18,052 nucleotides of DNA. Source: an uncultured Oscillospiraceae bacterium (GTDB lineage Bacteria; Bacillota; Clostridia; Acetivibrionales; Acetivibrionaceae). The stretch is taken from NCBI GenBank assembly GCA_964409165.1, contig CAYPCH010000079.1, positions 1 through 18,052 on the forward strand, read 5' to 3'. Position 1 is the stretch's first letter, and every line of letters starts with the position of its first letter. Both the position numbers and the translations under genes were made by a program. Of this stretch, positions 1 through 8,860 are shown one piece after another. The notes under the pieces were generated by a model, which saw only the letters and a program-made list of their open reading frames with translations, ran no database searches and was not told the DNA's origin.

Positions 1-182
1 CCGGACTATTTAGCACTACATCAAAAAATGGGGAAACTCAAAATGAGTATATGTTTACATATCACCTGCATTATTATATAATTACAGTATAATTTACTCC
101 ACATATATTATATGCATCTATTGGCATTCAATATAAACCCTTAAATAATATTTTTTAAGTTTAAGACGAGGTGGGTGAAATC

Positions 183-1880
183 ATGTTGAGAGTTAAAGGA
201 AAAGGCGTTAAAATTTTGGCATCTCTTTTAGTGAGTATTTTGACATTCATTAGCTCCCTTTCTGTTATCAATGTATCTGCAATGAATGGCCACTCAAAAT
301 ATTATAACGTGTATTGGCCTTACGTCAATGACCACTGGTCGAGCAAAAGCATGCATTGGTCTTCGTACTACACAAACCAATTTTCTTCCAATCATTACTG
401 GCCTTCTGGAAACTGGAGAACTTCTACCCCTGAAAATCAGGGTATGGACTCAAAAAAACTTCTTGAAATGTTTAAAGCAATTCAGGATGAAAAAACACCT
501 ATACACAGTATTTTAATTATAAAGAACGGATATCTGGTTACAGAAGCTTATTTTAGCCCATATAACGAAAATATCAAACACGGCATTTACTCCTCAACAA
601 AAAGCATAATTTCCTCACTTATAGGTATTGCTATTGATGAAGGTTACATAAAAGGCACTGACCAAAAGGTTCTTGATTTTTTCCCTGATGTTCAGTTTGG
701 CGAAGAAGGCTATCTTGCCGAGTCAATTAAAAAATACCAAGTTAAGGATATGACAATAGAGCATTTATTGACCATGTCTGCGGGACATACTGAAGATTCA
801 TCAAATCCAATTTTTATGAGCAAATATTTCCCTCAGACATTTTTTAGTCTTCACTTTTCTTCAAAGCCCGGAACAAAATTTTTGTATGATAGTGGTGCAA
901 CCCATTTATTATCAGCTATTCTTTCTAAGGCAACAGGAGTGACTACAGAAGCTTATGCTAAAAAGCACTTGTTTGACCCTATGATGATAACCGATTACTC
1001 TTGGGATAAAGACCCTAACGGCACATATCTTGGAGGGTGGGGAGCATATTTAAAGCCCCGAGACATGGCCAAATTCGGATATCTTGCTTTGAAGGAAGGC
1101 AAATGGAATAACAAACAACTTATTCCTAATGAATGGCTTAAAACTGCTACCAGTAAGCATATAGACGGATATTGGGGAAATACAAGAGCAGATGACTACG
1201 GATATCTTTGGTGGATTAATCCGTTTGGCGGTTTCAGAGCTGACGGTTACGGAGGACAGTATATTTTTGTATTACCGGAGCAGGATCTTGTTGCGGTATT
1301 TACGGCCGGTGTTAATTATAGTGAAAAAATGCAACCACTAAATTGTATGACAGATTTCATACTGCCGTCTATAAAATCATCCAGACCATTGAAAGCTGAT
1401 CCTATGACAAATTGGAAATTGCAAGTCTTGATTAAAAGTCTTCAATACCCAAAGCCACAAAAGGTTGCAGTTCTGCCAGAAATCGCAAAACAAATATCAG
1501 GTAAAACTTATATCATGAATTCAAATATTCAAACCATATCCTTTGATTTCAATAGCAGAAATTCCTGCACGTTGAAAATCAAACAGATGGATAGCGAGCA
1601 TAGGTTGAAAGCAGGGCTGGATGATATCTACAGAATATCTGAAGCAACAAAGGTTGGCGGTTTTACTCTATACCCTAATTACACAAAAGTTGCATTAAAG
1701 GGCAATTGGGTCAATGATAATACTTTTGAAATTGACTGGAGTTATTTCGGAGAGCCCTACAGAGGGATTTATAAATTCACATTCAATGATTCCAATGTGT
1801 TGCTGGAGATTAATGAGTACCTAGAGGATTCAAGTTATATGACCTCTTCATATAAGGTTATAAACGGAAAAGCTGAATAG
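183..1880 (+). CDS. Secreted serine hydrolase, beta-lactamase/PBP fold, with a C-terminal extension domain
   Basis: N-terminal signal peptide (KILASLLVSILTFISSLSVINVSA). S-x-x-K motif (YSSTKSI) typical of class C beta-lactamase-family serine hydrolases. The supplied ORF starts at a GTG at 171; the ATG at 183 has a better-placed GAGGTG RBS. Confidence 0.65.
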   Translation: MLRVKGKGVKILASLLVSILTFISSLSVINVSAMNGHSKYYNVYWPYVNDHWSSKSMHWSSYYTNQFSSNHYWPSGNWRTSTPENQGMDSKKLLEMFKAIQDEKTPIHSILIIKNGYLVTEAYFSPYNENIKHGIYSSTKSIISSLIGIAIDEGYIKGTDQKVLDFFPDVQFGEEGYLAESIKKYQVKDMTIEHLLTMSAGHTEDSSNPIFMSKYFPQTFFSLHFSSKPGTKFLYDSGATHLLSAILSKATGVTTEAYAKKHLFDPMMITDYSWDKDPNGTYLGGWGAYLKPRDMAKFGYLALKEGKWNNKQLIPNEWLKTATSKHIDGYWGNTRADDYGYLWWINPFGGFRADGYGGQYIFVLPEQDLVAVFTAGVNYSEKMQPLNCMTDFILPSIKSSRPLKADPMTNWKLQVLIKSLQYPKPQKVAVLPEIAKQISGKTYIMNSNIQTISFDFNSRNSCTLKIKQMDSEHRLKAGLDDIYRISEATKVGGFTLYPNYTKVALKGNWVNDNTFEIDWSYFGEPYRGIYKFTFNDSNVLLEINEYLEDSSYMTSSYKVINGKAE

Positions 1881-1976
1881 ATAAGCCCAAAATATATACA
1901 TTGATCAATATGTTGCGAAACCTCTTTTGCAACATATTGACATATATAAGAATAATATTACGATTAAAAATAGTCC

Positions 1977-2006
1977 TTGACAGGATTATGTTTATTGGGC
2001 TATAAT
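1977..2006 (+). promoter_or_regulatory. Sigma-A-type promoter, TTGACA-18-TATAAT, about 200 nt upstream of the rhodanese gene
   Basis: Perfect -35 hexamer TTGACA (1977-1982) and perfect -10 TATAAT (2001-2006) with an 18-nt spacer on the plus strand. Confidence 0.4.
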
Positions 2007-2212
2007 TATAAATGTAACACAAAATGCCAATGTATATTTCTATTAGTGCAAATTCTTGTAACGTTTTTTTATTTCTACTATTATTTCTCAAACAAAAAAA
2101 TTGTGTTATTTTTATATTTATATTATTTTTATTGCTTAGAGTAAATGTTGTCTGGTATAGATAATGTTTGTTCTAATATATCAATACGGTTAAAAGAAGG
2201 GAAGGTATTAAA

Positions 2213-3199
2213 ATGAAAAAGAAAATGATGGTGCTTTTTTCTGTCGCGTTACTTATTACTTCGCTGTTATCTTCAAGTATAGCTTATGGTCAATGTATGA
2301 ATGGACCAAACAAATGTATGCATAAGCAAAGCAAAGATATGGATAAACTAAGCAAATGTATGCATAAACCAAACAAAGAAAAATTTGAGGCAATCGTTTC
2401 AACAGATTGGTTGCAAGACAATCTTGACATGAAAGACCTTGTTATACTTGATATAAGAACCTCTGACGAATATGAAGCCGGTCATATCGTAGGTTCAATC
2501 AACATTCCTTTAGAAGTTCCTTTTTCAGCCTGGATAACTATGACTGATGGTCTTCTTTTTGAACTACCTGATACAGAAGAATTATTCAACACTTTGGGAA
2601 ATTTTGGGATTTCAAAAAAATCAAAAGTTGTTATTGTTACATCTGTTTCAGACCCCTTTGCAATAGGTGCTGGTCCGAGGGTAGCTTGTACATTGATATA
2701 TGCAGGGGTTAAAAACGTTTCCATATTAGATGGCGGTCACGCTAAATGGGCTTCCGAAGAAAAGGCTGTGACCACTGAAGTACCTGAAATTTCACCAAAA
2801 ACGTTTGACGGCAAAATAAATAATATTTTTGTGCCCATTGATTACGTTGAAAGCAAGATTGGCGAGTCAGTTATAATTGATAACAGAGATTATAACGTTT
2901 ATACCGGAGAAGTGATTGAACCCTATGCTCCCAAGGCAGGTCACATACCAACAGCAAAGTCTTTACCAGCACCATTGATGTGGAATGAGGACGGTACTTA
3001 TAAAAGTATTGATGAGCTGAAAGATATGGCTAGAAGTGTAGCTTGGAAAAACGATAAAATCATAGTATATTGTGGCGTAGGCGGGTATGCCAGCTCATGG
3101 TGGTTCATATTATCAGAGGTACTCAAATACCCACATGTCGAATTTTATGATGGCTCGGCTGAAGAATGGGTAAGATACAACGATGTGGTATTAGATTAA
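2213..3199 (+). CDS. Tandem-rhodanese thiosulfate/3-mercaptopyruvate sulfurtransferase, exported or lipoprotein form
   Basis: Signal peptide followed by Cys. Two rhodanese domains: an N-terminal inactive-type domain (DIRTSDEYEAGHIVGSINIP, no catalytic Cys) and a C-terminal active domain with the catalytic loop YCGVGGYAS. Strong RBS AAGAAGGGAAGG. Confidence 0.8.
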   Translation: MKKKMMVLFSVALLITSLLSSSIAYGQCMNGPNKCMHKQSKDMDKLSKCMHKPNKEKFEAIVSTDWLQDNLDMKDLVILDIRTSDEYEAGHIVGSINIPLEVPFSAWITMTDGLLFELPDTEELFNTLGNFGISKKSKVVIVTSVSDPFAIGAGPRVACTLIYAGVKNVSILDGGHAKWASEEKAVTTEVPEISPKTFDGKINNIFVPIDYVESKIGESVIIDNRDYNVYTGEVIEPYAPKAGHIPTAKSLPAPLMWNEDGTYKSIDELKDMARSVAWKNDKIIVYCGVGGYASSWWFILSEVLKYPHVEFYDGSAEEWVRYNDVVLD

Positions 3200-3414
3200 T
3201 TTTGATGATGTAAATATTTTTTTATAATTTGAAATGAACAACTCCTCCCTGGCAATATTCTAAAACAATGACGCCACGGAGGAGTTTATTTATGCCATCG
3301 TTACCTAAAAAACAGTTACCTCTTCTTCGACAATGCTAACGCAATAACCGGTTTGCCTTTCTATATAATTCCAGGGACAGCGTACCTGTCCCTCTGTCTC
3401 TGCTCTGTCTCTTG

Positions 3415-4353
3415 CTATTCCAATGAAACCTGTTTGCCATTCACTATCAATTCCGCATTTGGCGTGGTATTATAATTTTCACAAACAAGAGCCTTGTCCT
3501 TGGCTTCAATACTAATTTTCCCTCCTTGCAGATCAATTAAGTCATTGGATTTGATACCATTATTTTTTGAATAAATACTAACATTTCCTCCATTTATAGT
3601 TACCTTCGAAATTGCCGAAATTCCTTCATCTTTTGCATTAATTTCAATATCTCCCCCATTGAACTCCACATAGCCAAATGAAATCTGTGTATCATTAGTT
3701 GCCTTGATTCCATCGTCTCCCGCATTTATTCTGACTCTTCCACCACTTTGCATAAAATAATCCTTGCCTTTAATGCCACTTTTTTTGGCAACAATAGTAA
3801 CATCACCGCTTTCAATCCGCAAAGTATCTCTACTGGTTATTCCATCGTTGTAATTGGCATTTACATGCAACGCTCCTTGACCTTTAATCACAAGGTCAGC
3901 TCTTGAAAAGATGGTGGCGTCCGGTTCGGTTTCCGCTCCAGTATAAGTGTAATTCGTTGAATCCGTAAAAATATTCTTTGTTCCATCAGCCAAGTTAAGA
4001 ATAATTTCCCCCGCTTCTTTTACATAAAAAGGCGCACTGTCAAGGCAAGATATATTGACATTGTCCAGAACAATTGTAACTGTTCCAGAAGTATCAACGA
4101 TAATTTGTCCGTTACTCAACGTCCCTCTTATGGTATAGGTTCCCGGCGAAGTAATGGTTGCTTTGTTCTTATCTATCTCGACAGCGCTGGATTTAGTAGT
4201 TATGGATGTTTTTGAAAGTGTAATCAGCCCAGTTGTGTCCACGTTCTCTTCTAAGCTCGTATCACCCGTTTGATTTTGACATCCTTGCAACAGAAAAACC
4301 ATTAGTAAAATAGCCATGAATACAGGTAAAAATTTAGTTCTCATATTATGCAC
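3415..4353 (-). CDS. Lipoprotein with parallel beta-helix-type repeats (possibly Cthe_2159-like carbohydrate-binding family)
   Basis: Lipobox LLQGC after a signal peptide. Repeated GxxVxIxAKDxGIKx segments (GDVTIVAKKSGIKGKD, GDIEINAKDEGISA, GNVSIYSKNNGIKSND, GKISIEAKDKAL) suggest beta-helix rungs. Sits downstream of the two-component operon on the same strand. Confidence 0.55.
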   Translation of the reverse strand: MHNMRTKFLPVFMAILLMVFLLQGCQNQTGDTSLEENVDTTGLITLSKTSITTKSSAVEIDKNKATITSPGTYTIRGTLSNGQIIVDTSGTVTIVLDNVNISCLDSAPFYVKEAGEIILNLADGTKNIFTDSTNYTYTGAETEPDATIFSRADLVIKGQGALHVNANYNDGITSRDTLRIESGDVTIVAKKSGIKGKDYFMQSGGRVRINAGDDGIKATNDTQISFGYVEFNGGDIEINAKDEGISAISKVTINGGNVSIYSKNNGIKSNDLIDLQGGKISIEAKDKALVCENYNTTPNAELIVNGKQVSLE

Positions 4354-4472
4354 CCCTCATCTTAGAATAAATTATTTAAAACTACTTTTTAAACTTGTTT
4401 ATATTCCTAAAATCCACTTTTTCTGACTATATAATACCGCCTAATTATTAAAAGAACATTAAAACTCTAAAC

Positions 4473-5840
4473 TTAAAGCTTTAAACTTGCACAAGAGAAA
4501 GAAAAAGTAAAAGTACTTCCTTTATCAATATTGCTTTCAACCTTAACATATCCACCATGAATTTTTGCAATTTGCCTTACCATCGAAAGCCCAAGCCCCA
4601 TGCTTCCACTATCATTGGCTGCACGTGAAGGATCCACTTGATAAAACCTGCTCCATATCTTGTCAATTTGATCTGGATGAATGCCAATACCGTTATCAGC
4701 CACAGACAAAAAAATTATTTCTTTTTCCCGATACAGACGCACACGAACCTCTCCACCTTCCCTTCCATACTCATAAGCGTTACTGATAAGATTGGACAAC
4801 ATCCTTATAAAAAGAAAGCGGTCAACAATAGCCTGTATTCCCGATTCGATATCTGTAATCATCGAAATATTGCCGGCATTGATTTCTGTTTGCTCATTGC
4901 ATACCATCTCGACAAGTTCACTTAGGTCTGTATCTTCAAATATAGCTTTTTCAACCCCCTGCTCCAATCTTGTAAATATTAATAGCTGCGAAATCAAGCG
5001 GGACATCCGGGTGGCCTGACGTTTTATTGTTTCTAAAGATTCACGGTATTCTTCCTGTGCAGAAGAGTGTTCAAGGGCAAACTCGCACTGGGAAAGTATT
5101 ACAGAAATCGGAGTGCGCAACTCATGTGATACATCTGATGTAAACTGCTTTTCTTCATCAAACGATGCTTCTAAACGTTTAAACATTCGATCAAATGTCT
5201 CTGCCAGCCTGTAGATTTCATCACTACCACGTTCTAAACCTACTCGTTGCGACAAATCGCTTCCTTCGTTGATTTCGTTAGCTGCATTTATAATTCTATC
5301 CACGGGTTTAAAGGCAGCTTTTGCTATTTGGTACCCTACTAGCGCTGCAAGCACCACAATAAACGGCAACAGAATAAATGCAGATTTCATTACAGAACCT
5401 AAAATTTCTGAATTACTATCCGCAGGAATAAACCCGCGAATCCAAAGGTTCTCGTGTTTCTTAAATGTTATCAGCCTGTCAAATATATAATATTTCTGAC
5501 CGCCCGATACAACAGTTTTTACTTCTCCCTCAAGCAATGGTGTGTATGTTTGAAAGCCACTGGGTATATGCCCGTCAATCAACCTGTAATCCAAAGTGTA
5601 AACCACCGAAAAAACACCATTTTTGAAATAGGCAAAATCTTTGTCTGTCTCAACCTCTCCGTCATCATACTCCACTTCATCCATGTTTGCCTCTACAACA
5701 CGCACAAGAGTGCCCCGAGCATCATTTTCTGTCACATAATCGCTTAAATAGGTTAAAAAACACAGCATCAGTACTACCAGTATCAACATTAACAGTGTGT
5801 ACCATAATGTAACCCTCATTTTTATCGATAATCTCTTCAT
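4473..5840 (-). CDS. Sensor histidine kinase (TM - periplasmic domain - TM - HisKA - HATPase_c)
   Basis: H-box HELRTPISVI. G-box DNGIGIHPDQIDKIWSRFYQVD and GLGLSMVRQIAKIHGGY. Two hydrophobic TM segments. Start ATG overlaps the stop of the upstream response regulator (ATGA). Confidence 0.85.
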   Translation of the reverse strand: MKRLSIKMRVTLWYTLLMLILVVLMLCFLTYLSDYVTENDARGTLVRVVEANMDEVEYDDGEVETDKDFAYFKNGVFSVVYTLDYRLIDGHIPSGFQTYTPLLEGEVKTVVSGGQKYYIFDRLITFKKHENLWIRGFIPADSNSEILGSVMKSAFILLPFIVVLAALVGYQIAKAAFKPVDRIINAANEINEGSDLSQRVGLERGSDEIYRLAETFDRMFKRLEASFDEEKQFTSDVSHELRTPISVILSQCEFALEHSSAQEEYRESLETIKRQATRMSRLISQLLIFTRLEQGVEKAIFEDTDLSELVEMVCNEQTEINAGNISMITDIESGIQAIVDRFLFIRMLSNLISNAYEYGREGGEVRVRLYREKEIIFLSVADNGIGIHPDQIDKIWSRFYQVDPSRAANDSGSMGLGLSMVRQIAKIHGGYVKVESNIDKGSTFTFSFSCASLKL

Positions 5841-6511
5841 GATTCTACCCTCAATACATAGCCGCTTCCTCTTATTGTATGGATTAGTTTGGTTTCGAAA
5901 CCATCGTCAATCTTTTTTCTAAGATACCGGATATAGACATCGACAACATTAGAACCGCCATCATAGTCAAAGTTCCAGATATGGCTCTCTATCTTTTCCC
6001 TTGACAATACAATTCCTTTGTTCCTGATAAGGTATTCGAGCACTGCAAACTCTTTTGCCGACAGAGTTATACTCTGTGTCCCCCGTTTTACTGTGTGGCT
6101 GTTTATATCAACTGTTAAATCCTTAATGGTATAAATGTTGGTTGCATTTCCGGTTTTCTCCCGTGTCATAACACGGATACGTGCCATGAGTTCATCAAAT
6201 GAAAAAGGCTTTACCAGATAATCATTTGCACCTGTATCCAAACCCTTCACACGGTCAGAAATGGCATCGCGTGCAGTTAATAGTATTACAGGGGTAATAT
6301 CACCCTGCTCGCGCATACGACGTAACACTTCAAGTCCATCTACCTTGGGCATCATAATATCGAGTATGACTGCGTCATATTCAGTCAATTCTATATAGTT
6401 AAGGGCATCAATCCCGTCAAAACAGGAATCCACTCCGTACCCTTCAGCTATAAGCTTCTTGACGATGATTCTATTTAAATCTCTCTCATCTTCAGCCAAA
6501 AGTATACGCAT
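5837..6511 (-). CDS. OmpR/PhoB-family response regulator
   Basis: Receiver domain (MRILLAEDERDL ... ILDIMMPKVDGLEV) plus C-terminal winged HTH. The supplied ORF is extended at its 5' end. The ATG at 6511 (MRILL) is preceded by GAAGGGAGAG at the right spacing. Confidence 0.85.
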   Translation of the reverse strand: MRILLAEDERDLNRIIVKKLIAEGYGVDSCFDGIDALNYIELTEYDAVILDIMMPKVDGLEVLRRMREQGDITPVILLTARDAISDRVKGLDTGANDYLVKPFSFDELMARIRVMTREKTGNATNIYTIKDLTVDINSHTVKRGTQSITLSAKEFAVLEYLIRNKGIVLSREKIESHIWNFDYDGGSNVVDVYIRYLRKKIDDGFETKLIHTIRGSGYVLRVES

Positions 6512-6571
6512 GACCATCTCTCCCTTCAATACCGCTATAACAAATTCTATACCCAATACATTAAGAGCAGA

Positions 6572-6667
<96 letters not shown>

Positions 6668-6708
6668 TCATGTCCTAATTCTATCACAAACAATTTGAAA
6701 TCAAAACA

Positions 6709-6738
6709 CAAACCCAGTAAAGTAATTTGCTGGGTTTG
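6709..6738. promoter_or_regulatory. Palindrome CAAACCCAG-N12-CTGGGTTTG (candidate operator) between the truncated WYL fragment and the divergent RlaP promoter; paralogous copy at 14739-14768
   Basis: Perfect 9-bp inverted repeat. The 14739-14768 copy reads CAAAACCAG-N12-CTGGTTTTG, i.e. the C-to-A change in one arm is matched by a G-to-T change in the other arm. Confidence 0.5.
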
Positions 6739-6799
6739 CACTTTAAATTCCTCTAATACACTTATGTAATGTAAAACCTTTATTAAACTCAATATAATA

Positions 6800-6808
6800 T
6801 GGTATAAT
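6800..6808 (+). promoter_or_regulatory. Extended -10 promoter element (TGgTATAAT) for the RlaP operon; RBS AGGAGAA at 6827-6833
   Basis: TGnTATAAT at 6800-6808, 30 nt upstream of the ATG at 6841. Weak -35. Confidence 0.4.
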
Positions 6809-6840
6809 TTAAAACAAAAGTTGTTTAGGAGAAATAAAAT

Positions 6841-7614
6841 ATGCGGGATATTATACTCAACAAGCTCAGTGCCATTGAAAAGGAAAATAACATCAAAATC
6901 CTCTATGCTGTTGAATCCGGTAGCAGAGGTTGGGGGTTTGCATCTCAAGACAGCGACTACGATGTACGGTTTATATACACTCATCCCACTGACTGGTACC
7001 TTTCCATTGAAGATAAAAAGGATTTTATTGAGGTTCCAATCAATGACTTGTTGGATATAAACGGTTGGGATATCAGAAAGGCTTTTCTACATTATAAAAA
7101 ATCAAATCCTACATTAATGGAATGGCTAAGTTCACCTATAGTGTATATAGAAAACTATAGTGCTGCACAGAGAATGAGAGAATTACTGCCTTTTTACTTC
7201 TCGCAGGTGCCTACAATCTATCACTATCTTCATATAGCAAGAAATAAGTTCGAAGAGGTTATTGCAACAAACCAAGTCAAAATCAAACATTATTTTTATA
7301 TTTTAAGACCCATCCTTGCATGTATGTGGATTGAAAAGAACAATGCGACTCCTCCAATGGAGTTTTGCAAGCTAATGGCTGAACAGCATTTGGATAGTGC
7401 TCTGCTTAATGAAATTAATAAGCTGCTTGAGAAAAAGACTTCTGGTTTGGAAATCGATATCGAACCAAAAAGCTCTATTATTATTGATTTTCTCAAAAAT
7501 AAGATAACTCAATTTGAGCAACATCTCAAGACAGTCAAGAAAGAAAAAACATCCGGTTATGAAGCCTTAAATCTTCTATTTCGTGAAACACTTAAGGAAA
7601 TCTGGGGCGATTAA
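6841..7614 (+). CDS. Polymerase-beta-fold nucleotidyltransferase, PF10127/RlaP-like (RNA-ligase-associated NTase family)
   Basis: Minimal NTase motif ESGSRGWGFASQDSDYDVRF (GS ... DxD), followed by a helical domain (NPTLMEWLSSPIVY). This family is known, from my recollection of the RNA-repair gene-neighbourhood literature, to co-occur with RtcB. Confidence 0.7.
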   Translation: MRDIILNKLSAIEKENNIKILYAVESGSRGWGFASQDSDYDVRFIYTHPTDWYLSIEDKKDFIEVPINDLLDINGWDIRKAFLHYKKSNPTLMEWLSSPIVYIENYSAAQRMRELLPFYFSQVPTIYHYLHIARNKFEEVIATNQVKIKHYFYILRPILACMWIEKNNATPPMEFCKLMAEQHLDSALLNEINKLLEKKTSGLEIDIEPKSSIIIDFLKNKITQFEQHLKTVKKEKTSGYEALNLLFRETLKEIWGD

Positions 7615-7652
7615 GAAAAATGATATATCCCAAAATTTAAAGGAGTTAGTGT

Positions 7653-8654
7653 ATGGGTATGCAGTACATAAAAGACAAGTTGAATTCGGGCAAATACGAG
7701 TTTCTAAGGACAGATCCGCACCTTGGAAGTAATATATTAATCCTTACTTTGGCCGGGTCTATTGCTTATGGAACCAATGTTGATACCAGTGATATTGATG
7801 TCAGGGGCGTTGCGTTAGAAACAAAACAGGATATTATGGGATTATCAAGCTTTGAGCAGTTCGAGGACAGAACCACAGATACAGTAATTTACGGACTCAA
7901 AAAGTTTATTACTCTGTGTCTTAACAGCAACCCAAATGTTCTGGAGATTCTAGGTACAAAACCTGAGCATCTTCTTATTATAACAAAAGAAGGTCAACTT
8001 TTAAGGGATAATGTTGATTTGTTCTTATCCAAAAAAGCAATTCAGAGTTTTGGAAATTATGCAACAGCCCAGCTTAGAAGACTGCAGAATGCTCTTGCAA
8101 GAGATAGTTACCCTCAAGCAGAAAAGGAGCATCATATCCTTAATAGTATATTAGGACAAATGGATCACTTAAAACGGACTTACAAACGCTTTACAGACAG
8201 CGAAATCAGCTTATACATTGATCAATCGGATAAAGAAGAAATGGACACAGAAATATTTATTGATATAAGCATGAAACATTATCCACTAAGAGATCTTAAA
8301 AATATCTATTCAGATATGAATAATATTGTAAAGGATTACTCCAAACTGAATCATCGGAACAGCAAAAAGGATGTTTTTCACCTCAACAAGCATGCCATGC
8401 ATCTGATTAGGCTCTTGGTTACAGGCACAGAAATTCTTGAGGGCAAAGGGATCAATACATACAGAGAAAAGGAACGTGAATTTTTTCTTGATATACGCAA
8501 AGGGAAGTACAGCTATAACGATGTATTTAAGATGGTTGACGAGTACGAGCGCAGGTTCAAATCCGCAGCTGAAAATACATCCCTTCCTGATGAACCGGAT
8601 TATAAACGTGTCGAAGAATTAATGATAGAGATTTATAGCAAAATATTATTATAG
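7653..8654 (+). CDS. Second, divergent polymerase-beta-fold nucleotidyltransferase (paralog of the upstream RlaP-like gene)
   Basis: LTLAGSIAYGTNVDTSDIDVRGV (GS ... DxD NTase core) and a similar downstream helical region (NSNPNVLEILGTKPEHL). 38-nt gap from the upstream gene with its own RBS AAGGAG. Confidence 0.65.
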   Translation: MGMQYIKDKLNSGKYEFLRTDPHLGSNILILTLAGSIAYGTNVDTSDIDVRGVALETKQDIMGLSSFEQFEDRTTDTVIYGLKKFITLCLNSNPNVLEILGTKPEHLLIITKEGQLLRDNVDLFLSKKAIQSFGNYATAQLRRLQNALARDSYPQAEKEHHILNSILGQMDHLKRTYKRFTDSEISLYIDQSDKEEMDTEIFIDISMKHYPLRDLKNIYSDMNNIVKDYSKLNHRNSKKDVFHLNKHAMHLIRLLVTGTEILEGKGINTYREKEREFFLDIRKGKYSYNDVFKMVDEYERRFKSAAENTSLPDEPDYKRVEELMIEIYSKILL

Positions 8655-8768
8655 TGTTATAGCGAGCGAAGTAGTGAACCAATTTTTTCTTAAAAACTAC
8701 TTCTGCAGAACTTCATCGATATGTCTTTGCTCTTTTTATTATTAACTCAACTTTCCCACTTATAGTAT

Positions 8769-8807
8769 TTTGAGGATCTGGTTGCTCATAAAAAAGCCTG
8801 CTACTTT
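8769..8807. terminator. Rho-independent terminator hairpin between convergent RlaP2 and rtcB (12-bp stem AGCCTGCTACTT/AAGTAGCAGGCT)
   Basis: Perfect 12-bp stem with 9-nt loop. On the minus strand it is followed by TTTTTTATG (terminates the rtcB transcript). An A-run precedes it on the plus strand, so it could be bidirectional. Confidence 0.6.
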
Positions 8808-8860
8808 GTATAATCAAGTAGCAGGCTAATATAATGGTATGCCTTTTATTTAGAAGCATT

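Noticed and set aside
171-182. GTG start at 171 for the serine hydrolase (as in the supplied ORF)
   Set aside because: The ATG at 183 is preceded by GAGGTGGGTG at a suitable distance, so the shorter start was preferred. The difference is 4 codons.
1858-2091. 77-aa minus-strand ORF between the hydrolase and rhodanese genes
   Set aside because: Lies across a promoter/terminator-rich AT-rich spacer, with no RBS and a low-complexity (I/L/N/Y-rich) product. Treated as spurious.
4565-5747. Several 70-100 aa plus-strand ORFs inside the histidine kinase gene, and similar antisense ORFs inside rtcB, the slipin gene and the WYL genes
   Set aside because: Antisense to well-supported genes with clear domain motifs, and no independent start signals. 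Typical shadow ORFs in AT-rich DNA.
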